Shown here: positions 10,760 to 21,600 of the stretch, piece after piece
Layout: the number at the start of each line of letters is the position of its first letter
Position numbering within the stretch: position 1 is the first letter of the stretch
Origin: a virus
Length of the DNA stretch: 64,000 nt
Direction: 5' to 3' (one strand)
IMG/VR virus record: IMGVR_UViG_3300027143_000001
Span: 45,119-109,118 of that record
Translations under genes and position numbers: made by a program
Notes under the pieces: model-generated
Told to the model about the DNA's origin: nothing
The model's database searches: none
The model's input: only the letters and a program-made list of their open reading frames with translations

Positions 10760-13700
10760 TTAGAAGCATGCATGTATATCGCGGAGGATATTTACAAGGT
10801 CTGTCTTCGTCACCGGTGCCTCAGTTTTTGTAGATGTGTCCTCCTCTACAAATTTACTAATTTCCTGTGTATCTTGGTTAGCTTTAGCTTTAAATTCTGC
10901 AAGTTTTTCGTCAAGCTCTACAAAATCTTCAAAAGTTAAACTTGCTGCATTCGCTGTGGTAGTTGTCTCAAACAGTGGTACATCCTCGCCTGCAGGGCTT
11001 TCCACTACCACCGGAGCGTCTGCCGCTTCCTGTGTAGTTCCCTTTTTCAGAATACGTGTGGCAATTCCTTTCAAGGTACTTTTTCCCTTAGGGGTTTTGC
11101 TAAACTCTTCCAGGCTTGAAAACGGTGTATCACGTTTAGCGTTAGCTCTTGCCAGTGCCTCCAGTGCTTTGGAGTGGAACTCATTCTTCTGTGTAAGCGT
11201 TGCACCCGTCATGTAGTTGTACACCACATCCAGTTCACTGCGCGTGCGGTCCAGCGATTGCTGTAGTTCATCTGCCTGTTCTTCTGTCAGGGGTTGGTCA
11301 TTTACAGGTGTACCGTTATTGTCCACCACGTTCATACCATTGCCCTGCTGTTCTGTATGAAAATTATCACCGCTTTCTTCACGTGCAGCCTGCTGACGTT
11401 GTTGGCGCTTGTTCCTTAATAACTGGGCAGCACTCATGGCTCCTGACTCTCCTACACCTTCTGTTTCATCTACCTCTTCAGGTTCCGTTTGCTCAGGTTT
11501 AACAACTGGTGCATACTGTTCTAAAGCAGCTAGTTCTGCGTTATATTCAGCAATAATATCAAAAGCTTGTTTTGGTGCATTAAGTTTATCAGCAACCGCA
11601 TAACCAATAGGATTAGCTTTTTGTAACCAACTAATATAAGTACCTTTTGATAAATCTTCGGTAAACTTGGGTATGCCTAATACTTCTGCATAATAATCAA
11701 GAAGCATTTGAGTTACAGGGGTTCTAGTATTAGATTGTGTATCTGGAAAATCTTCTCTTTTATATTTAGCTTCTGTATCAGCTTTAGCATCTGTAGCAGA
11801 ATCTTGACCTTCTTGTGAAGATTGTCCTGAATTTTCTGAAGATGCCTTTGCAACAATACGGTGTGGCTCTTGCATGACTTGGATATCCAGATCAGGATAT
11901 TTGTCAGACACTGCCTGGATAGCGTCCAGGATAGCCTGACGGTCTTCTGGTGAAGCGTTCTGTAAACCGGTAGCAATGTGTACACCCCCGTTGAGGATGT
12001 CCTCCTCAATCTGCTGTACCATTACTTCATTGCCTTCTTCTACTTGTTCCGGTGTGGCATTCACTGCCTGGCCACCGTTGAGCTCAGCCAACTTGGCTTC
12101 TGCCTCACTGCGGTTCTTGGTCCAAAACGATTGACCGTTCTCATCATACCAGTAGTCGTTGATCGTGGAATCCAGAATGCTAAAACCAAGATACTTGTCT
12201 TCAGCCAGGATATACTTTGGACCTGCCGCTGCAGCAGGTTGTTCCTCTTCCTCTTCTTCTTCTGTTTGCTGAGGTGTTGCGCCTGCTGGTGCAGGAGCAG
12301 GTGAAGGACCTGTAGGGTTCTGTGGTGTAGCAGCCGGTGCAGGATTTTCTGTATCGTCCACCCTGGTTTCTGTCTGTGGTGTTGCTTCTACTTCTGCTGC
12401 TTTGTAATCGTTTACCACCTCATCAATGTCAGTGGTGTATTTATCATACACTTCCTGTTCACGGCTTGTCAGTGGGATTTCATCAAATAACTTATTGGCA
12501 ATGCGCACCATAACCTGAAACGACGGGCGCATGTCTTTCTTAAAATTCTCATACTGCTCATCACTTAGGTCAGCATAACCTTCCATACTGATGTTTCTGC
12601 GGTAGATCTTAGCCATGACAGCTTTAAGGTTGCTGCTGATCTTTTCCACCTGCTCTTGTGCATACTTGTTCATCTGCACACCAGCGTTAGGATCAAGCAC
12701 AATAGTCTCCAGGTTTCTGTACTCTTCACTCTTAAATGTAGCAGCTGCAATCTCCTCACGAATACGGTCACGCTCAGCTTTCTCAGAGTCGCTGTCCCCA
12801 AAGATCTTAAGGTTCATCACCGCAACCATCCATTGTTTCTGTGCAAGTTCTTCTACACTATCCAAATACTGCATTACCAGGTACTTGAAATTACCGTCCG
12901 TCATGCGGTACAGCATCATCTCAAAGTTCTCTGGGTTAAACAATACGTCTACTGCTTTCATGTACTCCTTAGCGTCCTTATCCAGGCGCATGTAGTCAAT
13001 GATCTTTTGGAAAGGCTCCTGGTACGGAAAGGTCATGTTCATGTCCACGTCCAGTCCAGCCTGTTTGTTTTTGAGTTGCATCAGTCGCGCAAAGTTGGTA
13101 AACACCTCTGGGTCGTGCATGTCAAACTCATCATCTTCCTCTACGGTAGATGTTTCTGTAAGTGTGGTACCGTCTGCTTGTGTACGTTCACCACTCATGG
13201 TGCGATAGGTCTTGCGACCAGGCTTGCGCTTTCCAATGAATGATTCCAAATCGTCTTCTTCAATCTCTTCCTCCATCTCCTGACCCTGGTCATTGGTCAC
13301 CGTGTTCTTGGTTGTACGCATACTCCACCACGATGTCCACGTATCAAGCTCTTGCAGTTCACTTTTCTTATCAGCAATTTGTTGCTCCAGATCTTTCTTT
13401 TGCTCAGGGGTAAGACCCTCCGCCTGCATGTTCTGCATCAGGATGTTGATGTCTGCTGATATGTTACCAATCTCCGCTTTCAGGGCATTAGGGTTTGTCA
13501 GAATGCGCAGTGCATAATCTGCAGAGTCTGCAATTCCTGCAATAGAGCGGATGTCATTGGATAATTGTTGTACACGCTTAACAGTCATCTCCCCTTTGAT
13601 TGCATTGTATGCAATTACAGAGATTGCCTCGTCTTGTACCTGGCGCATTACAGCAGCCACGTAGCGGTCACGTGAACCTTCCTGGTATCTGAATGGGTCA

Positions 13701-16030
13701 GCTAACTGCCCTACCTTTCTTTTTACACCCTCAATGACCTCAGAGTATTTCTTGACATCACGGGCTACAGAGTCACTAAACTCAGCTGCACTAGAGTACT
13801 TGGTGTCTTCAATGTTAACACCCATCATCTTACTGAACTCCTCGTTGGACATTTCCATGCCCATGTTACGGATTGCACTCTCAAATGCTTTAACAGAGTT
13901 GGTACGCTGTGCTGCTAATACAGCATGTAGCAACGCGTTATCCTTACCGTTCTGAAATTCATACTGCTTACCTTGCGCAGCAGCCGCGGTCATTTCCTGG
14001 GCAGCTTCTGTTTGGGCAGCAAAGTTGAACATTTTGTGGCTCATGTTGTCCCCAGAGCTTAGCTGACGAAACGCTGCATTTAGTGTTTTCAAATCGTTGT
14101 CAAGTGCTTTCTCAGCTTGCTTGACGGGATCTGCAGCAGGGTCGTTTTTATACTGCATGCTGGTAGCAGCATTGCTCATCTTCTCCAGCAAACGTGATGT
14201 GGCAGCAGTGGGGATGCGTATCACCGATCCTGTCACAGCCCCCATCAAAAATGTCTTGAATCCCTGTTTGGTAAACTGCTCTTGAAATCCTTCACCAAAC
14301 GCTTCTGTTAAACTCTTTTCTGCATTTTGCGCTTTGGCCATGTAGTATTCCTGCCATGACTTGGAACTCATTTCCTGCAAGTTTTCCTGCAAACCTTCTG
14401 TTACCTCCATGCGCAGCATGTCCTTGGTCAATGCTTTACCTACCTGGTATGCAGCTTCTTTCTTTCCAAAGTCCTTGGATATCTGGCCCAGTACACCGTA
14501 CGTGCCAAAGAATCCTTTCTTATAACCCTGAGTAAGTAATTTCTTAGTTGCAATATCACGTCCTTCCACAAACAGCATACGCTCTGCACCTTCTTCCAAC
14601 AGGTCCTTGATTACTTTGTTGGCTGGTGTAAATCGGTTGAACAGGTTACCAAACTGTAACTTGTTGGTTACCATCAGGATAGCCAGGTTTGTATTGTAGT
14701 TAGATGCACTGGTATCTGTAGCAGCCTGCTTGAATTTTTCAAACTCTTCTTCAGGAGGTAGCAAGCCGTTGTTTCTGTCTTTATAATCTTTGACAAGTTT
14801 GTCCAGGGTATCACCATATGACGTCACCGCTTCAAACGATGCCTCTGTTGCACTCATATTAAACTCCTGAGCCAGTCTTCTGACACCCTGGAGTCCCATA
14901 CCTGTTAACTCAAAAGCATTCTTTCCCGCCTTGGCTCCCGCTACAATCTTTTCCCCATAGCGCACGCCTGTACCTAACAAAGGTACACCACGCACAAACT
15001 GTCCTGCAAACTCACTGAAGTTCTTACTGCGCCACATACCACCAATATTGTTGGAGTACATGGTAAACGTATCAGCAATCGTATCCTGCATGCGTGCAGA
15101 GAAAGAACGTCCTGTTGCAGCAGCCACCTCAGCAGCTTCATCTGCCTTACCGGCTACTTTAGCAGAAGCACGGATAGCATCTACACTTTGATTGGCTTCA
15201 GTGAAACCTCTACCAATATCTGAAATAGCATCTGTAAACCTGAAGCCTGATTTGACTCCAGCCTCCACGCCTTCTTTAGCAAGCTTCTTGACTCCCATCT
15301 TGGCACCCAGCCTGGCAAAGGTGGCACCAAAGGATGCAATGCCTCCACCTGCGGTCAGTGCTGTGATAGCAGCATCTGCAGCCAGCTCGACGCCTAACGC
15401 ACCAAATGTACCCAGGGCAAACCCGGAGTTGGAGATCAGGTCAGCTGCAAACTTCTTGTTGAATATACCTTCCTCATCTTCCTTGGACGCAAACACAAAG
15501 TTGCGGTTCATGTCAAGCTGGTCCTGGTAGTACTGATCAATCAGTGTCTGTTCGTCTGGGCGCAACTTGTCCCAGTCCATGGACAATAATGCATCACCCA
15601 TGCGACCATAGTCTTTCCACCAGTCCGTAAAAGTGTTACCAAATCTATAACCTGCTGAGTCAAATGCTTTGCCCATAGCAGTGCCCCATGTTTCATTATC
15701 AATGGCACGTTGGGTGTTATAGGCATCGCCAGGTGAAAATGCGTCACCTTTGAAATTTTCCTGTTGAATAAACTTATCAACCTGCTCTGCATTCCAGTAT
15801 TCTGTACCAGGAGATTCAGCAGTGGTCAGGCTTTCCAAGAGACTCATCTTGGGAGGAGCAAAGTTTTCCTGCGCATACTGGTTGGCAGATTGCTCCATAC
15901 TTGTTTTAAAAGAAGATGCAGGTCCTGAAGCGCCAGTTAACTGTCCGCTTTGGAATGCATCTGCTATTTGTCCAATGGTAGGTGGATCACCTCCACCTTC
16001 CTGCATATTCAAATCTAGTTCCTCCGCCAT
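10760..16030 (-). CDS. Large virion ejection/cargo protein adjacent to RNAP (1756 aa)
   Basis: Long ORF directly upstream of the RNAP gene, as in Crassvirales; Gly/Ala-rich hydrophobic segment GFALGTFGALGVELAADAAITALTAGGGIASFG, coiled-coil-like stretches, acidic/Pro-rich linkers. Confidence 0.7.
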   Translation of the reverse strand: MAEELDLNMQEGGGDPPTIGQIADAFQSGQLTGASGPASSFKTSMEQSANQYAQENFAPPKMSLLESLTTAESPGTEYWNAEQVDKFIQQENFKGDAFSPGDAYNTQRAIDNETWGTAMGKAFDSAGYRFGNTFTDWWKDYGRMGDALLSMDWDKLRPDEQTLIDQYYQDQLDMNRNFVFASKEDEEGIFNKKFAADLISNSGFALGTFGALGVELAADAAITALTAGGGIASFGATFARLGAKMGVKKLAKEGVEAGVKSGFRFTDAISDIGRGFTEANQSVDAIRASAKVAGKADEAAEVAAATGRSFSARMQDTIADTFTMYSNNIGGMWRSKNFSEFAGQFVRGVPLLGTGVRYGEKIVAGAKAGKNAFELTGMGLQGVRRLAQEFNMSATEASFEAVTSYGDTLDKLVKDYKDRNNGLLPPEEEFEKFKQAATDTSASNYNTNLAILMVTNKLQFGNLFNRFTPANKVIKDLLEEGAERMLFVEGRDIATKKLLTQGYKKGFFGTYGVLGQISKDFGKKEAAYQVGKALTKDMLRMEVTEGLQENLQEMSSKSWQEYYMAKAQNAEKSLTEAFGEGFQEQFTKQGFKTFLMGAVTGSVIRIPTAATSRLLEKMSNAATSMQYKNDPAADPVKQAEKALDNDLKTLNAAFRQLSSGDNMSHKMFNFAAQTEAAQEMTAAAAQGKQYEFQNGKDNALLHAVLAAQRTNSVKAFESAIRNMGMEMSNEEFSKMMGVNIEDTKYSSAAEFSDSVARDVKKYSEVIEGVKRKVGQLADPFRYQEGSRDRYVAAVMRQVQDEAISVIAYNAIKGEMTVKRVQQLSNDIRSIAGIADSADYALRILTNPNALKAEIGNISADINILMQNMQAEGLTPEQKKDLEQQIADKKSELQELDTWTSWWSMRTTKNTVTNDQGQEMEEEIEEDDLESFIGKRKPGRKTYRTMSGERTQADGTTLTETSTVEEDDEFDMHDPEVFTNFARLMQLKNKQAGLDVDMNMTFPYQEPFQKIIDYMRLDKDAKEYMKAVDVLFNPENFEMMLYRMTDGNFKYLVMQYLDSVEELAQKQWMVAVMNLKIFGDSDSEKAERDRIREEIAAATFKSEEYRNLETIVLDPNAGVQMNKYAQEQVEKISSNLKAVMAKIYRRNISMEGYADLSDEQYENFKKDMRPSFQVMVRIANKLFDEIPLTSREQEVYDKYTTDIDEVVNDYKAAEVEATPQTETRVDDTENPAPAATPQNPTGPSPAPAPAGATPQQTEEEEEEEQPAAAAGPKYILAEDKYLGFSILDSTINDYWYDENGQSFWTKNRSEAEAKLAELNGGQAVNATPEQVEEGNEVMVQQIEEDILNGGVHIATGLQNASPEDRQAILDAIQAVSDKYPDLDIQVMQEPHRIVAKASSENSGQSSQEGQDSATDAKADTEAKYKREDFPDTQSNTRTPVTQMLLDYYAEVLGIPKFTEDLSKGTYISWLQKANPIGYAVADKLNAPKQAFDIIAEYNAELAALEQYAPVVKPEQTEPEEVDETEGVGESGAMSAAQLLRNKRQQRQQAAREESGDNFHTEQQGNGMNVVDNNGTPVNDQPLTEEQADELQQSLDRTRSELDVVYNYMTGATLTQKNEFHSKALEALARANAKRDTPFSSLEEFSKTPKGKSTLKGIATRILKKGTTQEAADAPVVVESPAGEDVPLFETTTTANAASLTFEDFVELDEKLAEFKAKANQDTQEISKFVEEDTSTKTEAPVTKTDLVNILRDIHACF

Positions 16031-16035
16031 ATCAA

Positions 16036-18699
16036 TTACTTGCCGCTTTCTGCGACTTTTCTGTTGGTTACATATTTTTCAAACATATCCGTTACATAGG
16101 TTCCAGCACTCAGATACGAGGTAGGGTCATTTGGATTGTCAATCTTCTGAAATTTGTACAGCTTCTCGTTACGCTTTGTGCTAGGGTCAAAATACTGGAA
16201 AGTGATACCCAAGCCAAATGCACCAGAGACGTCACGCACACCAGCAGCGGTGTAATCAAAACCAACAGCGTTCATATAGCCAGGAGCTGTCACAATGGTG
16301 TTGGGATCAGCTGCAAATGCTGAGAAAGATCCTAGGTCAGTAGAGTTCACCGTATTCTTAGCCAGATACTTGTTGAAGCGTTCCAGCGGTAATGCGTTCT
16401 CACGGATGGTAGAATAAGGAAGTGTTACTGTTACAGTTTCTCCCTGCTTAAAACCTAAAGTTTTTGCAGCACTGGAATTAATATCAACCTTGAACTTTAC
16501 CTTTACCTTCTCTCCCTGCGCATCATATGATACCGTGGCTGAATTACCCATCAGTTCTTTGATACTTACAGGAGACATGGATGCTAACTTTTCAGGTGCA
16601 ATCTTAGCACCGGTCTCTGCTACTTCTACAGAAGCAGCCGTATTTCCTGAAGCAGCGCCATCAATCAGCTGATACAATTCTGCGGAAGTAATCCCACTAA
16701 ACTCAAATGTATCACCTGTTACACGCGCACGGTCATTGTATTGTGCGTCTACACGTTGGCTTAAATAAGATTGCTGAGCATCACTTAGTCCGCTCAAATC
16801 ATATACCGGTGTTCCGTCTTCTAATCTGTACAACAACTTAGCGCTTTCATATCCAGACTTAAGGTTGCCATATCCATCAGTAATTTCTTTACTGATGTTT
16901 TTGGCATTACGTAGCAAGCTCTCGCGCTGTGTCATCAGTATGTTCATACTCGATAGCGACTTGCTGAACATATCCAACATCTTTGTGATTTCTTCTGTTT
17001 TCTTAATACCTGCATAGTCAGCAACAATCTCACGACCACGTGTATAAGTTGCTGCAGTAAACCCATCCAGCAATGATTGAGCTGCCTGCGGATTATTATT
17101 AGGATCTACAACTTTGGTATGTGTTTTCTTACCGTACTCTTTTAAGATTTCCTTGTCAGCATCTGTCAGCTGAATCCTGGTATCACCATTGGCAATCTGC
17201 TGTACTTTATACATAATGTTATAGTACTTGCCATGTTCTGCCTCACCCACCACCAGGTTCATCAAACCGTTACCGGCTCCAAACGTAGTGTTGAACAAAT
17301 TATCGCGGTTCTTGGCCATACCATCCATCAATACATCTACCCCTGTAAAGACCTGTTGTCCAGCAGCATTACGTCCTAAGTAAGATTCAGACGGAAGATC
17401 GCCTTTACCTTGTGCAATTTTAACATCCAGAGCATACTCGCGATCCTTGTTCGCCTGCTCCTGGTTCATCTCCATGATCTTAAGCTCGCGATCCTGTTTC
17501 ATCTTGGCGTAGGTTAGCTCTCTATCCTGTGCCATTTTCCATCTGGTAAGAACTACATCGTCAGACTTGATATCTACAGATGCTGTAGCATCGCTGTATC
17601 CTTTGGCCCACATCTTTGCAGTCTGGCTTTTAGCTTGTTGTGCAAAAATACCATGGATGTTTTGTGCTATAAAGTTTGCACCCTCTTCATCAAGTTTACT
17701 TGACAGAGATGATGCACCATCACGCTGGTTAATGTATGCGTCTTTTTCGTTGAGCGCATTGATGTACTTTTCTTTTACATCTGGATCCTCAATGCCATCA
17801 GGATATTTTTCTTCAATAAGCTTGATGCGTGATTCTATTTTCTCTAGCTCTGTGTCAGCTGTAGTAGTTTCTTCTGCGGTATCAGTTTGCAATTGTTTTG
17901 CAAGCTGACCAGATACCATTTGTAACGCCTGCTCACGGGATACACCCTGAGATTGCTGAATGTTACGAATAGCGCTCTCTGCCTGCACCCAGCCTTGTTG
18001 CTGTAACTGACGGTCAAAGCGATTGCCCATCTGTGCCTGCGCCCAGTTGGTAAATGCTGCGTAAGACATCTTACCATTACCATAAGTAACAATGTAAGGA
18101 TTCTTACCATCTGCCGTAGCTACCTTAACGCCAATGTTTTGCTGCTTTGCTGCATCATTTAAGAATGTTGCAATATCATCCATAGGCACAAACTCCTGCG
18201 GGCGAATCTTCTGAATAGACCCGTCACCACGTTTAGAGCTACGTAAATCTTCTTCTGCAAACCCAATAGCCTGACGACTAAAGTCATTATACTGCGCACG
18301 CATTTTAGGATCAGTACTGTTTTTGTACTGCTCCATACGTTGCTTTTGCTTTTGGTGAAACGAGGTAACCTGCATATCATATGCGAGCTCCTGGTCCCTG
18401 GAGATTGGATTAAAGATTTCCTGCGCCTGCATTACGTTGGTAGGATTGGACAAGTCCACCCCTGCCAGACTCTTAATAGAGTTCTGCAGTTTCTTCATAA
18501 CCTCCTGACGGTAGAGTTCGTTGGACTCACTGGTCAGGGGATTGTTAAGCGCAGAGTTATAGATACTCTTGACCATGTTAAAACCACGGTCGTACTCCTG
18601 CTGACGCTGGCCATAGATCTCAGTCAAAAACTGGTAATCTGGCTTGTACACCTCAGCAGGTGTAATGTTGTCTGTTATACCTTGTATGAATGTTGACAT
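16036..18699 (-). CDS. Putative virion ejection protein (887 aa)
   Basis: Long helical/coiled-coil-like ORF in the ejection-protein block; TAATG coupling with the upstream gene. Confidence 0.6.
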   Translation of the reverse strand: MSTFIQGITDNITPAEVYKPDYQFLTEIYGQRQQEYDRGFNMVKSIYNSALNNPLTSESNELYRQEVMKKLQNSIKSLAGVDLSNPTNVMQAQEIFNPISRDQELAYDMQVTSFHQKQKQRMEQYKNSTDPKMRAQYNDFSRQAIGFAEEDLRSSKRGDGSIQKIRPQEFVPMDDIATFLNDAAKQQNIGVKVATADGKNPYIVTYGNGKMSYAAFTNWAQAQMGNRFDRQLQQQGWVQAESAIRNIQQSQGVSREQALQMVSGQLAKQLQTDTAEETTTADTELEKIESRIKLIEEKYPDGIEDPDVKEKYINALNEKDAYINQRDGASSLSSKLDEEGANFIAQNIHGIFAQQAKSQTAKMWAKGYSDATASVDIKSDDVVLTRWKMAQDRELTYAKMKQDRELKIMEMNQEQANKDREYALDVKIAQGKGDLPSESYLGRNAAGQQVFTGVDVLMDGMAKNRDNLFNTTFGAGNGLMNLVVGEAEHGKYYNIMYKVQQIANGDTRIQLTDADKEILKEYGKKTHTKVVDPNNNPQAAQSLLDGFTAATYTRGREIVADYAGIKKTEEITKMLDMFSKSLSSMNILMTQRESLLRNAKNISKEITDGYGNLKSGYESAKLLYRLEDGTPVYDLSGLSDAQQSYLSQRVDAQYNDRARVTGDTFEFSGITSAELYQLIDGAASGNTAASVEVAETGAKIAPEKLASMSPVSIKELMGNSATVSYDAQGEKVKVKFKVDINSSAAKTLGFKQGETVTVTLPYSTIRENALPLERFNKYLAKNTVNSTDLGSFSAFAADPNTIVTAPGYMNAVGFDYTAAGVRDVSGAFGLGITFQYFDPSTKRNEKLYKFQKIDNPNDPTSYLSAGTYVTDMFEKYVTNRKVAESGK

Positions 18700-21600
18700 T
18701 ATCTTCCTGTCTTACGCTTGATTAATATTCTGAACATCTCGTCTGGTGTAACCACCGCTCCGCCCGTAGCAAAACCTCGTACGCCACTCATGCCTGCAAT
18801 GTCATAACCTGAATAGTTTGAATACCCTGCATAGGGATCTGCATACAACGCTGCTGCAGGATTACTTCTCAGAAGTGCATTGGTGCGATTCATCTCTGCA
18901 AGTGCTGCTTGTTTTGCAGCATCTTCTCCCAGCTCCGCTTTATAAGCTTCAAATGTCTCTCTGTAGGCTTTGATACCAGCGTCACTGTTCATTGCAGCAC
19001 TAACTGCATATGGATCAGCAGTACCTTTGCGTCCTGAACCTGAAGCATACCCTGTTGCATAGCCCGGTACGTATAAGTCCGCCATAGTCATGTCGCGACC
19101 TTGGCCTGAAAACTCAGCGTTATAAGAAATAGGATCAATATACACCTGTGGAGTCTTAACTTGCTCTTGCAATTTTTTGCGCTGGTAATTAGTCATACCT
19201 GCCATAAGTGCTCTCAGTTTATTTCTATCTTGCAGATTTTGCGAGTTTTCATTTTGCTGTCCTTCTGTTGCAAGATCCTTGTTATACTGATAAGCATACT
19301 TGGAGTTCATGTCACGCTCCGTGTTCTCAATCTGCGCGTTAAACTGTCCAGCCTGTGTAGACGTTTGACCATTGACAGTGTTGGTCTGTGCGTCGCTCAG
19401 TGCATTGTTTTGCAGGGTCTCACCAGTATTACCCATCATGGCTCCCAACGCTACGTTACCATCAGCGGAGTTTTGCGCCATGTTATTAAAATTGGCAGAA
19501 ACACCTTGGTTGTTGGCAATGGTAGACGCATTGGTAACAGTAGTCCACTCCGGGGTAACAAAATCAACCTGTTGTTTAGCAGGTCTGAAACGCTCGTTAT
19601 CGCGGGTAGATTCAAAGGCAAAGTTTACAATGTCTTGTGCCCACCACGGTCCTTGTTTTCTTCTTCCTGGAGGAACTTCTGTAGTTGTATACTCTTGACA
19701 TTCTGCCTGCGCTTTCTCTAATGAGTCATAAGGAGTAACTTTTTTTCCAGTTGGAGCAACAGGTGAAGAACCTTCATCATAGTTTACAGTTTGCACAGAA
19801 CGCGTACCATCTTCTGACTCTACGCAGTAATAAGCCTGCTTCTTACCTGGATCTTTTTCTTTTTCTACCTCAGGTGGCTGCCAATCTTCTTTAATTCCAA
19901 AATACTGGCGAGAAGTGTTGTTGCCATAAAAGTCATCAATATAAGAAGTACCAGTCTTGTCAGAATCCTGATCCGTTTTACTACCAGTTGCATCAACATC
20001 AAATCCTGCGTCTTTGAACTGCTGAATATACTCAGGTTGTCTGCCCACTTTGTTTGCGGCACGATACGCAGCCTGAAATGCAACGCGTCCCACATCGTCC
20101 ATGGCCTGAATACCTAAACGATTTGCAACAGCGTTATACACTTTGTTCTTTGTGTTTACAGGATTACCTTTCTCATCATAGATTTGACCAACAGTTCCTG
20201 TAAAAGAGTCCCAAGCTTTGGAGTTTCTAAAATCACCTTCATCACCATACACAGAACGCATCAGCAAGTTGTCTTTATTTCCTTGTAGCAAGTATTTAAG
20301 AACGTCCTCTTGCTTAAGCCCCTTAAGTTGATCCAATGTCTCCTTAGGTATTTTACCTGTGCTGTTTGGATCATTTAATATTGCCTGAAACTCTTTGAAC
20401 AATGCATCTCTCAAACCCTGGTTGTTAGCACCTTGGATGATAGACTCATATGATTTGATATCCTCTGCATACTTATTCTGATATGTTTTAGGATCATATC
20501 CCTCAACCTCAGGCGCTTCATAGTCAACTAGCTTGTTGCCTGCGTTATAAACATAAATACCATCAGGATTGTAAACCTTTTTCTGATTGGTCTTTGTGTC
20601 TTTTACTTCTATAATCTTGCCTGTCTCAGCGTCTCGTACAATGTTTAATGTACCTTTCTTGTAGCGCTTTACTTTTCTGTTGGTTTTTGGATCAACAACC
20701 TCGTCCACAAATGTCTCCTGATTAGCCGTTCCTGCATCTTGATAGCGCGGAATCATGTAGCCTGAAGTAAACGTAGGCATTTCATATGCACCGCCTTCTT
20801 TAAAATCAGTAAGATTGCTAGGTGCTGGTGCAGATCTTCTTGCGGGTGCTGCTTGTTGAGGGCGAGATCTTTGTGTAGTGTTTTGTTGCTGAGGTTGCTG
20901 TTGTGTTTGTCTTGCAGGTGCAGGTTGGCTATCTGGATCATATAGTACAGCAGCGTTACCACTTGATGCTCTATTTGTATCAGCGGCTCCAGCTTGTTGA
21001 GACTGTTTGGGGTTTTGAAAACCTTGACTCAAATCAACTTTTGTAAACTGTCTGTCACGGTCTGCATAAATCAGATCACTTTGAAAAAGGTTTTCAGTCT
21101 GTGATCCATAAATCTCATTGTATCCTGTGATTTTTCCGTTTTGGTCATAGATAGGGGTTACCTTTCTAGCTTTCAGTGAAGGTGATGAATGAGGATGGTT
21201 TTGAAATTTTCTTGCTGCATATGGCCACTCAACGCGGTACATGCTATCACCTTTAAAAAACAAATCACCAGTGTTTAGTTTTTTACCGTTTACGTCAATG
21301 CCGTAATTGTACTTGTACCAGTCGTCACCAATAAAGGGTTCATTGCTTTCTCCAATGTAGTAATGAAGGTTCTGATCACCATACATGCGATCATAAGGAA
21401 CACTGGTGTTGTAAGATTTATTGAAGCTGTGCTCATCAATGTAAAACTTTTGTCCGCTTTCTGTATTAAGAAACACATATTGATTGGGACTAAAAGTGTT
21501 AATCTGACTTTCATTGGCCATGTAACGGTGAGGCTTGCCATTGATGTAGACAATTGTAGCAGGAGTAAGTCCAATCTGATCTCCTGTTGGTCTAACCTTT

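Noticed and set aside
10719-10771. Terminal cysteines (…HACF-stop followed by MAC…) hinting at disulfide chaining of ejection proteins
   Set aside because: A single instance that cannot be distinguished from chance without homologue alignments.
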